DNA of 64,000 bases, from contig CAZLLO010000002.1 in assembly GCA_964560525.1 (NCBI GenBank), positions 18,221 through 82,220 on the forward strand, written 5' to 3'. Positions 9,369 to 17,346 of the stretch are shown one piece after another (positions within the stretch are counted from its first letter, which is position 1; the number at the start of each line of letters is the position of its first letter). The notes beneath the pieces are model-generated. The model was not told the DNA's origin, searched no databases, and saw only the letters and a list, made by a program, of their open reading frames with translations. Origin of the DNA: an uncultured Candidatus Saccharibacteria bacterium. Lineage in GTDB: Bacteria > Patescibacteriota > Dojkabacteria > SC72. A program made the position numbers and the translations under genes.

Positions 9369-10178
9369 TTGATTCTCTCCCTCAAAAAAAATATTTCAGA
9401 ACCCGGTTGGGAATACTTGTATAACCCTCATGTACTTTCTGTTTTTGCAGAATATATGAAAGATCCTACATCAATATCTTTATGGGGTATTACAGGAGAT
9501 TTAGATAATTTAGGTGTTTTTGTTGCGGAAAATGGTAGAGCAAAAGCAGAGAATTTAGTAGATTTATACAATCAGGTAACTAGGAATTATATTAGCAATT
9601 GGTATCGTGAAAACACTAACGATGTACAAGCAGTCTGTTTTCTACCTTGTGGTGAAGAAGTTTTAATTCTTGGAACGACAAAAAATACAAATGTTGTTAC
9701 AAAACTTTTTTCCGAAATCAAAGCAGCAATAAAAGAAAAGATTAATGAATATGATTTCATTGAAGTTGGTGGTACAGGTGCAAGTTTTGGATGCTCAATT
9801 TTGCAAGAAAATTCTACGGATACTCTGATATCTCAGTTGATAAAGGATTATAAAAAAACCAGTGATGACGAGATTATCTACCCACAATATTTAAAAATAA
9901 TTGAACGAATACGAACAATATTAGCGATAGAACTAGATAAGTCCAAATTTAATGATATCTTAGATGGCCAGTATCCAATTCAGATGAGGCAACTTGTATT
10001 ATCGAGAATGTTGTTATACAAATTATCTACGAAGGAACTCATTGCTTCGATGAACAAGTTTGATCCAGAGTGTTTGAAATTAATCTTGAATAGTTTGGGA
10101 GAATCATATGGAATGAATTATGAGAAATCCGCATTTATAGATAACCTTTTGAAAGAAAATGAATCAAATAAAAAATAG
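9369..10178 (+). CDS. Standalone divergent GGDEF-like (palm-domain) nucleotidyl cyclase
   Basis: GDLDNLGVFVAENGRAKAENLV matches the GGDEF block DxDxFKxxNDxxGHxxGDxxL. It is followed about 50 aa later by a PCGEEV (GGEEF-like) motif, then ILGTTKN...KLFSEIKAAIKEKI...EVGGTGAS, matching the post-GGDEF helix and loop. There is no sensory or TM domain; the alpha-helical C-terminal region is about 120 aa. Confidence 0.55.
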   Translation: MILSLKKNISEPGWEYLYNPHVLSVFAEYMKDPTSISLWGITGDLDNLGVFVAENGRAKAENLVDLYNQVTRNYISNWYRENTNDVQAVCFLPCGEEVLILGTTKNTNVVTKLFSEIKAAIKEKINEYDFIEVGGTGASFGCSILQENSTDTLISQLIKDYKKTSDDEIIYPQYLKIIERIRTILAIELDKSKFNDILDGQYPIQMRQLVLSRMLLYKLSTKELIASMNKFDPECLKLILNSLGESYGMNYEKSAFIDNLLKENESNKK

Positions 10179-10767
10179 ACAGACAATTCTGATAGGTGGT
10201 GGCCAGGTTTGGAAAAATGAGACTGTTCCAATAGACGAATATATTGTAAAGCTGGCCAAAGAAGATACCCAATCACCCCAATTATTATTGATTCCAACAT
10301 CATCCAATGACAGAGAAGATTACATACAGGCTGTTAAAAAGATTTATGAATCCTTAGGTTGTGAAGTGAATGTGCTAAGGTTCTTACATAATAAATATAC
10401 AAAGGAAAATGTTAGGGCAGAAATACAAAATTCTTCGATAATATATTTAGGATCTGGAGATCCAGCTATCCTCGAGAATGTATTGTCAGGAATGGATTTA
10501 AAGGAAACCTTTTTAGAGTGCCTTAACAAGTATTCAAAAATATTAGTTGGTTCAAGTGCAGGAGCTGCACTATTGTCGGAAAACTATATTGATGTCCTTT
10601 CCGATGATTTGAAACTCCAGAAAGGTTGGGGAATTATACCCCAAATAACCGTTGTACCGCATTATTCTGATAAGCTAAACATGGGAGATGAGGGCTTCCT
10701 TTTGCTTAGAGATTTGGAGATAGCACATTTTGATTTAGATAAACTTTGTAGAAAAATTCAATTTTAG
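10159..10767 (+). CDS. Peptidase S51 family (dipeptidase E / cyanophycinase-like)
   Basis: IIYLGSGDPAIL and the nucleophile elbow VGSSAGAALLSE (GxSAG) match PepE. The start overlaps the upstream gene by 20 nt. Confidence 0.7.
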   Translation: MNQIKNRQTILIGGGQVWKNETVPIDEYIVKLAKEDTQSPQLLLIPTSSNDREDYIQAVKKIYESLGCEVNVLRFLHNKYTKENVRAEIQNSSIIYLGSGDPAILENVLSGMDLKETFLECLNKYSKILVGSSAGAALLSENYIDVLSDDLKLQKGWGIIPQITVVPHYSDKLNMGDEGFLLLRDLEIAHFDLDKLCRKIQF

Positions 10768-10768
10768 A

Positions 10769-11842
10769 GTGATAGACAAATCAGAATCGATAAAAAGTGG
10801 ATCTGAGGTTTCTATTGTTAATCCAGTATCTGTCCAGCCAGAGAGATTTCATGCGAATGCAGAAGTTACAGATTATCTTGAAAATATAGGTTTCAAAGTA
10901 ACAGATTATACAGCTCTACAGGGGGACGATTTTGAGAGAGTTGATAGGTTTAATTCTGCGGTTGCTTCTGGGGCAAAGGCTTTATTCCCTGTCACAGGAA
11001 ATAACTTTGGAGAAAATCTGATAGATAAAATTGATTACGAAAAAATAAAGGAGTTGAAACCAATGTTTACAACATTTAGTGCAGCTTCTACCTTTCAATT
11101 AGCAATACAATCTCAGTCAGAGCTGGAAACATTTTATGGCCCACACATCTCCTTTATTCAATCTAAATCTAGCTATCGTGAGAATTCATATACGGTTACC
11201 TCATATTTAAATATGCTTTGTGGGACATCTGCAAGGTGGGGATTACAAGGAAAACTCTCTGGCCTTGCGTTTAGGAATAGGTTGGAAAGTGAGGGAACAG
11301 TTATGAGAAATATAATATCTAGAATAGACACTTTAGGTGATATATACAAAGGTGAACCGATACCATTTATAGGAAAAACAGAAGCATCTCAAATGTTTGT
11401 AACGGGGAAACTACTTCCAACTTTTTTGCAGGGTTTGGATGTTGCTGGAAAACTTGGAATAGAGCTAGACTTAAATAATAATATACTCCTTGTTGAATCA
11501 AATGATACCTCGTATGAGAAGGCGTTAGAGCATATGAAATCTATTAATGAAACATATGATTTGTCAAAACTTTCTGCAATCGTCTTAGCCTCTTTTATTC
11601 ATAGAAAGACGTCAGAAAAAGATTTTGGATATTCACTTTACGATAAAACCAGAGCATCAATCTTTGTTAGAGAAGTAGAGAAGATTGTAAAAAACAATAT
11701 TCCTGTCCTGTACGGTTTTCCAATTGGTCATGGAAGGTATAAATTAACCGTGCCAATAGGTATCAATGCAAAATTAGATCTTGCAACAGGCGATTTATAT
11801 TTAACAGAATCACCATATAAAGATGTCAAAAAATCAAATTAA
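10769..11842 (+). CDS. Peptidase S66 family (LD-carboxypeptidase LdcA / MccF-like)
   Basis: KPMFTTFSAASTF...ETFYGPHI aligns to the S66 nucleophile block nPKIfxGYSDiTaL...TfhGP with the Ser retained. The C-terminus YGFPIGHGRYKLTVPIGINAKLD matches the GFPxGH...LPxG...LD block with the catalytic His. The start is GTG. Confidence 0.65.
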   Translation: MIDKSESIKSGSEVSIVNPVSVQPERFHANAEVTDYLENIGFKVTDYTALQGDDFERVDRFNSAVASGAKALFPVTGNNFGENLIDKIDYEKIKELKPMFTTFSAASTFQLAIQSQSELETFYGPHISFIQSKSSYRENSYTVTSYLNMLCGTSARWGLQGKLSGLAFRNRLESEGTVMRNIISRIDTLGDIYKGEPIPFIGKTEASQMFVTGKLLPTFLQGLDVAGKLGIELDLNNNILLVESNDTSYEKALEHMKSINETYDLSKLSAIVLASFIHRKTSEKDFGYSLYDKTRASIFVREVEKIVKNNIPVLYGFPIGHGRYKLTVPIGINAKLDLATGDLYLTESPYKDVKKSN

Positions 11843-12884
11843 AGGAATTTCTCCTTATGACAATGTCGCTTTAGTTACACCAGGGGATTTATTACCACCG
11901 ATGTACAAAGAACAGAAAACAAATATAAAAAATTATCTTAAAAAGATAGGTTATACATGTAAAGACTTGACGAATTGTTATGGAGAAGATGCGGTAATTC
12001 AGAGGGCGAATAATTTGAATAATGCGTTCGAGGATAAAAGCATAAAAGCGGTATTTCCGATTTGTGGAGGTGAACGTTCAGATGAAATTGTAGATTTTTT
12101 AGATTACAGCTTAATATCTCAAAATCCAAAGATTTTTTGTGGATATGCAGGATTATCATATTTACTTAATAAAATAGCTTTTAATGCAAGGATAACAACT
12201 TTCTATGGGCCTCATTTAAATTTAATAAATGATGGAGCTACAAAAAGAGAAACCAATTTTACTATTTGGAACTATTGGAAATTGTTTTCGAATGAAGAAT
12301 ATAAAGAGGATTTAGATTTTAATGTGAATGAAAATGAATATAAAATGGAAAGCAGTCTTAATGGGTTGAAAACTATCAAATATAAAAATATTTTTGCATC
12401 GGAAATATATTCAAAAAGTAGTCCTGATAATTATTTCTTCTATAATAAAAATGCCAAGGGAAAATATTTAGAAGGAACTTCGGTTGTAACCTCTCTTAAT
12501 TCATTAGAAAAGGTTTGCTCAATGTTAATAGAGAATAGAATCGAGGATTTTCTTCTATTTGTTGATTTCTTTGATACGGGTGAAAAGGATATATTAAAAG
12601 TTTTTAAGAAGATATCAAAAGTCTTAATGTTGCAGCATTGTAGTGGGATAATAATTACAAATTTAACGACACACGGAGATTTCAATATGGATCATTTTTA
12701 CACTAGAGAAGAAATTAAAAGCATAGTTGATGATATCTCCGTTTTATTCCAAGAAAAACTAAGCATCCTTTATGGTTTTCCAGTAGGGCATAGTAAATAT
12801 AAATTTGTAGTGCCAATCAATTGGAAAGTTAAAGTTAATTGTGTAAATGGGGATATAACTTTTGCAAATCCTTTTAAAATATGA
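11823..12884 (+). CDS. Peptidase S66 family paralog, predicted nucleophile Ser replaced by Ala
   Basis: NPKIFCGYAGLSYLL...TTFYGPHL aligns to PKIfxGYSDiTaL with Ser to Ala and Asp to Gly. The C-terminal YGFPVGHSKYKFVVPI block is retained. The gene overlaps the upstream S66 gene by 20 nt. Confidence 0.6.
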   Translation: MSKNQIKGISPYDNVALVTPGDLLPPMYKEQKTNIKNYLKKIGYTCKDLTNCYGEDAVIQRANNLNNAFEDKSIKAVFPICGGERSDEIVDFLDYSLISQNPKIFCGYAGLSYLLNKIAFNARITTFYGPHLNLINDGATKRETNFTIWNYWKLFSNEEYKEDLDFNVNENEYKMESSLNGLKTIKYKNIFASEIYSKSSPDNYFFYNKNAKGKYLEGTSVVTSLNSLEKVCSMLIENRIEDFLLFVDFFDTGEKDILKVFKKISKVLMLQHCSGIIITNLTTHGDFNMDHFYTREEIKSIVDDISVLFQEKLSILYGFPVGHSKYKFVVPINWKVKVNCVNGDITFANPFKI

Positions 12885-13546
12885 AAATTCTATGTAAAAG
12901 AGAAGAGATGGAAATTCTGAAAAAGAGGGGAGTGCACAGTCTTGTTCACTTCACTCCGTTATCCAATCTTCAGAGAATTCTTGTTGAAGGACTTAAACCC
13001 TTAAACTCTGCAGGAGAAGAGTTAGTATGTGCAAATCAGAGTACGCGAATCCAAGCAGATGGAGATTTAATAAGCTTCTCAATAGAATATCCTGGTTACA
13101 TGTACCTTCAAAGTCTTATAAAAAAGTGTGGGGAAATATTTGTAATACTGTATTATCCAATCGAACTTCTTGCAGGCAAGAAAGTTTTCATATATAAAAG
13201 CAATCCGGCTATTCCTCGTTGGGGAGAAGCAGAAACTTTTGAGGATTTGTTTTTCGAAGAATTTAGATATAAGAAATTACCCTCCTATTACCCAAGTGAT
13301 CCAAGAGCCGAGATTCGTATGCAGGGATGTATCAATAGTTCTCAAATTCAAAAAATTGTGTTTCCTTCTGTGTTGAAGGAAGACATTCCCCAAATTCAAT
13401 CTCTTTTTCCCGATATAAAAATTTTAATAGATGACAATGTATTTGAACCAAGAATAGATTCCGATTACTGGACGAGTATCCGTACCCAGGGTTTAGATAT
13501 TTGCCCTTTAATATCGGAGACTTGTCCTTCGAAGGCGGTTTCATAA
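12881..13546 (+). CDS. DUF4433 / DarT-like ADP-ribosyltransferase-fold protein
   Basis: The N-terminal LVHFTPLSNLQRILVEGLKP matches the DarT/DUF4433 signature (hyHfTxxxNLxsILxxGL). The protein is about 220 aa, as DarT is. The 4-nt ATGA start overlaps the upstream gene. No adjacent macrodomain (DarG) gene. Confidence 0.55.
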   Translation: MKILCKREEMEILKKRGVHSLVHFTPLSNLQRILVEGLKPLNSAGEELVCANQSTRIQADGDLISFSIEYPGYMYLQSLIKKCGEIFVILYYPIELLAGKKVFIYKSNPAIPRWGEAETFEDLFFEEFRYKKLPSYYPSDPRAEIRMQGCINSSQIQKIVFPSVLKEDIPQIQSLFPDIKILIDDNVFEPRIDSDYWTSIRTQGLDICPLISETCPSKAVS

Positions 13547-13674
13547 AACCTTGCATAACCGTTATTAAATATGTATAATCCATCTGTTATTTAATCTCAT
13601 ATATCCCTGTAATTTTCCTGGATGATATATAAATATCACCCACCAGAGATATTAATAAAAGGAAAGATATAAAA

Positions 13675-14805
13675 ATGGAAAAAACAAAAGAAGTCTTAAC
13701 AGAGACAAAGACTCAAAACAAAGTCTCTAACGTAAAACTCCCAGAAATAATAGATCTACTAAAAGCAGGCTGTCATTTTGGACACAAGAAAAGTGCTTGG
13801 AATCCAAGAATGAAACAGTACATATATGAAGAGAGAAATGGTATTCATATCATCGACTTAGTAAAAACTCAAGAACTCATAAAGACAACCGTAGATGCAT
13901 TAGCAAACCTCTCTGACAAAGGAAACATCCTCATCGTTGGTACAAAAGGACAAGCAGCATCAATAGTTGAAAAAGTAGCAACCGAAAACGGTGCTTTCTA
14001 TGTAAACAAAAGATGGCCAGGTGGACTCTTCACAAACTTTGAAGTAGTAAGAAGAAGTATTCTTTCTTTAACAAAAATGGAAGAGAGTTTAGCAAAAGGT
14101 GGAGAAGATTTGGTTAAAAAAGAAGAACTATTAATGCAAAGAGAAGTTGTAAAATTGGAAAGAATCTACAAAGGTATTAAGTTCATGGATAAACTTCCAG
14201 AAGCAGTAATCATCGTAGATACAAAAGTTGAGAAATTAGCAATCAAAGAAGCAAGAATTGCAGGTATTCCAATCATAGGATTAGTAGATACAAACTGTAA
14301 TCCAGATTTAGTAGACTACCCAATCCCAGCAAATGATGACTCTCTAAAGAGTATCTCATTGCTCTTGGATATCTTAGGAAAAGTAGTTGGCGAATCTAAG
14401 AGATCTCAATCAATCATAGCTTTGAGAAATAGCCAGAAAGCAACCTTAGAACTTCTAAATAGACAGTTCTTGGAGCAAAAGGAAAGACAAGCTAAGATGG
14501 AAGCAGAAGACAGAGAAAGAATGAAGGCATTAAGAGAAGGAAAAGTAGCTGAGTCTAAGGGAACTGTAGTAAGAGTTGTTAAAAAAGATATCAGTGCAGA
14601 AATAGAAGCAGCAGAAGAAGCAAAAAAGATCTCTGATTCTAAGAGCATTGAAGACCTAGGACTTTCTGCAAGAATAGTAAAAGCACTTGAAGAGAACAAC
14701 ATTAAAAATGTAAGTGATCTCTCAGGTAAAACAAAAGAAGATTTAATGGAAATTAAAGGAGTAGGAGAGAAAGCTGCTTTGGATATTTTGAAATCTCTTA
14801 AATAA
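13675..14805 (+). CDS. rpsB: 30S ribosomal protein S2 with C-terminal (HhH)2-like extension
   Basis: S2 core (LLKAGCHFGHKKSAWNPRM...IHIIDL...). It is extended to 376 aa with a coiled-coil linker and a C-terminal IEDLGLSARIVKALEENNIKNVSDLSGKTKEDLMEIKGVGEKAALDIL resembling the RNAP alpha-CTD helix-hairpin-helix. Confidence 0.9.
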   Translation: MEKTKEVLTETKTQNKVSNVKLPEIIDLLKAGCHFGHKKSAWNPRMKQYIYEERNGIHIIDLVKTQELIKTTVDALANLSDKGNILIVGTKGQAASIVEKVATENGAFYVNKRWPGGLFTNFEVVRRSILSLTKMEESLAKGGEDLVKKEELLMQREVVKLERIYKGIKFMDKLPEAVIIVDTKVEKLAIKEARIAGIPIIGLVDTNCNPDLVDYPIPANDDSLKSISLLLDILGKVVGESKRSQSIIALRNSQKATLELLNRQFLEQKERQAKMEAEDRERMKALREGKVAESKGTVVRVVKKDISAEIEAAEEAKKISDSKSIEDLGLSARIVKALEENNIKNVSDLSGKTKEDLMEIKGVGEKAALDILKSLK

Positions 14806-14823
14806 CTTTAAACAAATACTGCA

Positions 14824-15540
14824 ATGGGAGTATCAATAGATGATATTAAAACATTAAGAGCTAAGACATCAGCTGGAATGGGACTTTGTAAAGAAGCTTT
14901 AGTTGCTTCTGATGGTGATATGGCTAAAGCAACAGCATACATAAATGAAAGAAGCGATGTAATCGGAAGACTTCATAACCTTACAGGTGCAAAGATTGGA
15001 CTATGTAAGATAGCTTTTGAAGAAGCTGAAAAAGACTTTGAAAAAGCAGTGGCCTTGATTAGTGAAAGAGGTTGGAACGAACCAACTGCAGACGAAACCA
15101 TTGAAAAAGGAGAGGGTGTTATCGAAACCTACTTGCACGGTATGGATCACAAGCTAGCTGCAATTGTAGAAGTAAAATGTAAAACAGATTTTGTTGCAAC
15201 CAATGATGACTTTAGAGCATTTGCTCATGAAGTAGCATTGCAGGTAGCAGCAATGAAGCCTCTCTATGTTTCTAAAGACAGTATACGTGCAGAAGATGTT
15301 GAGAAAATGAAAGTTATCTTTACCAAAGAAGCTGAGAGTGAAGGCAAACCAGCAAATATCATGGAAAAGATAATTGAAGGTAAATTCTCTAAATACTATG
15401 CAGAAAAATGCTTACTAGAACAGAAGTGGTTTAAGGATGAATCCAAAACAATGGGAAATCTTTTAGATGAGATTACTCAGAAAATGGGTGAACCTATACA
15501 GATTACCAGAATACTTTTCTGGGAATTTGGGACAAAATAA
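14824..15540 (+). CDS. tsf: Elongation factor Ts
   Basis: N-terminal UBA-like LRAKTSAGMGLCKEAL, core CKTDFVATNDDF; follows rpsB. Confidence 0.85.
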   Translation: MGVSIDDIKTLRAKTSAGMGLCKEALVASDGDMAKATAYINERSDVIGRLHNLTGAKIGLCKIAFEEAEKDFEKAVALISERGWNEPTADETIEKGEGVIETYLHGMDHKLAAIVEVKCKTDFVATNDDFRAFAHEVALQVAAMKPLYVSKDSIRAEDVEKMKVIFTKEAESEGKPANIMEKIIEGKFSKYYAEKCLLEQKWFKDESKTMGNLLDEITQKMGEPIQITRILFWEFGTK

Positions 15541-15559
15541 TCAGAGATATTTGTGTATT

Positions 15560-15590
15560 AAGGAGGGAGTTAAAAACTCCCTCCTTTTGT
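15560..15590 (+). terminator. Intrinsic terminator after tsf
   Basis: AGGAGGGAG-TTAAAAA-CTCCCTCCT perfect 9-bp stem followed by TTTTGT. Confidence 0.6.
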
Positions 15591-15627
15591 AGTACAATTA
15601 TTAATAATATTTGAGCTTTTAAAGAAA

Positions 15628-16173
15628 ATGGATATTGATGTGTTTAAGACAGATGTTCAAAAGTGTATAGACCATGTACACGAGGATCTTTCACAGATTA
15701 GGACAGGGAGGGCTACACCAGAATTGGTTGAAGAGGTAATTATTAATGCATATGAAATGCAAGCACCAATTAAAAACTATGCAACAATCTCTGTATTAGA
15801 TGCAAAAACCATCTCTATACAACCATGGGACAAGGGTATATTGGAAAATGTTTCTAAGGGTATAAATATGGCCAATATGGGGCTTTCTCCAATCATAGAA
15901 GGAGATAGGGTGTTGGTTAAAGTTCCTGAATTAACAGAAGAGAGAAGAAAAGAGTATGTAAAGATAATGAAAGATAGGATAGAAGATGGAAGAATAGCTG
16001 TAAGGCAGGTAAGACAGAAGTATATGCAAGAGATAGATGAATTGCAGAAAAATGGACTTTCTGAAGATGAGGCAGATAGAACAAGAGAAGAGATTGAGAA
16101 ATATGTAAAAGAGACTAATCAAAAGATTGAAGAGATAAGGGAACAAAAAGAAAAAGATCTTCTAACTATCTAA
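15628..16173 (+). CDS. frr: Ribosome recycling factor
   Basis: DLSQIRTGRATPELVE...ISIQPWDKG is the RRF signature. No pyrH lies between tsf and frr. Confidence 0.9.
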   Translation: MDIDVFKTDVQKCIDHVHEDLSQIRTGRATPELVEEVIINAYEMQAPIKNYATISVLDAKTISIQPWDKGILENVSKGINMANMGLSPIIEGDRVLVKVPELTEERRKEYVKIMKDRIEDGRIAVRQVRQKYMQEIDELQKNGLSEDEADRTREEIEKYVKETNQKIEEIREQKEKDLLTI

Positions 16174-16189
16174 GTTATACTGCTCTAAT

Positions 16190-17338
16190 ATGCTTTCCAT
16201 CCTTGTAAATGTTCTACTATTTATTTTGGTTATAGGTATACTTACTTTTGTACATGAATTAGGACATTTTCTTGCTGCCAAAATAGTAAAAGCTACAGTA
16301 GAAGAATTTTCATTGGGCTTTGGTCCAAAACTATTTTCAAAGAAAATCAAAGGTACTATATACAGTGTAAGGCTTCTACCTTTGGGTGGATACGTTAAAA
16401 TACTGGGAGATGGAGATCCTGAAGTTAAAAAAGGAGAGAAGATTAAGAAATCTGACAAGGGAAGTCTTGGTAAGAAATCCAGAATAGCACAGGCTTTTGT
16501 TATGCTAGCAGGTGTTACAATGAACCTTTTGTTTGCAATAATGGCATATTTCATAGTGTTAGCAGGGACAGGATGGAAGATGACACTGGATTGGTCTTTT
16601 GAGAATTTCAAACCTACAGGAGCGAGGATTGTAAAAGAGGTTGTAGGAGATGTTAAATATACAGAAGTTGTCGTAGATGGAAACGCTTCTAAAGCTGGAA
16701 TACCCGCAACGGGAGTAATAAAAAGCATAAATGGAACAGCAATAACATACTCTAATCAACTGGGGGAAGAATTATCAAAATACAAGAATCAAACAATATC
16801 TATGGAGATTTGTAATGAAAGTTGTAGTACATATTCAATTGATGTGTCCGAAAAAGGGACGATAGGAATAGCTTTTACAAGCAATTATTATGTTATCCTC
16901 TCGTATGAAGATAACAAAGCTACTGCAGGATTCGCACATTTAGTTAATACCTTAAGATTGATTGGTATTAGATTAGGTACACTTATGAGTGAGGCGAAAA
17001 CAACAGGAGATTATTCCGAGCTATCTAATTCTGTTTCTGGTCCAGTAGGAATATATTTCCTAATAGATTATTTTAAGAATCTAGGATTTATAAGTTTTGT
17101 AAGTGTGATGGGCGATCTATCACTGTCACTAGCAGTTATGAATATTCTCCCTATACCTGCTTTGGATGGAGGAAGAGTTTTGATATTAGCGATAGAGGGA
17201 ATTTTAAGAAAAAATCTAAATGAGAGAGTTAAGACACTTATAATAAATGGGAGTTTTATTTTCCTCATGATTCTTGTTATATTTATAATGATAAAAGATG
17301 TCCTTAATGTTGAGAATATTAAGAACATGTTTAAGTAA
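16190..17338 (+). CDS. rseP: Site-2 protease RseP-family zinc metalloprotease (M50)
   Basis: HELGHFLAAK HExxH in TM1, PDZ-like middle region, LDGGR motif near the C-terminus. Confidence 0.85.
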   Translation: MLSILVNVLLFILVIGILTFVHELGHFLAAKIVKATVEEFSLGFGPKLFSKKIKGTIYSVRLLPLGGYVKILGDGDPEVKKGEKIKKSDKGSLGKKSRIAQAFVMLAGVTMNLLFAIMAYFIVLAGTGWKMTLDWSFENFKPTGARIVKEVVGDVKYTEVVVDGNASKAGIPATGVIKSINGTAITYSNQLGEELSKYKNQTISMEICNESCSTYSIDVSEKGTIGIAFTSNYYVILSYEDNKATAGFAHLVNTLRLIGIRLGTLMSEAKTTGDYSELSNSVSGPVGIYFLIDYFKNLGFISFVSVMGDLSLSLAVMNILPIPALDGGRVLILAIEGILRKNLNERVKTLIINGSFIFLMILVIFIMIKDVLNVENIKNMFK

Positions 17339-17346
17339 ACAAAACA

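Noticed and set aside
15541-15627. Absence of pyrH between tsf and frr considered as a deletion or pseudogene
   Set aside because: The 87-bp spacer contains only a clean terminator and the frr RBS. No degraded UMP-kinase remnants are visible. The gene is likely elsewhere or absent in this lineage.
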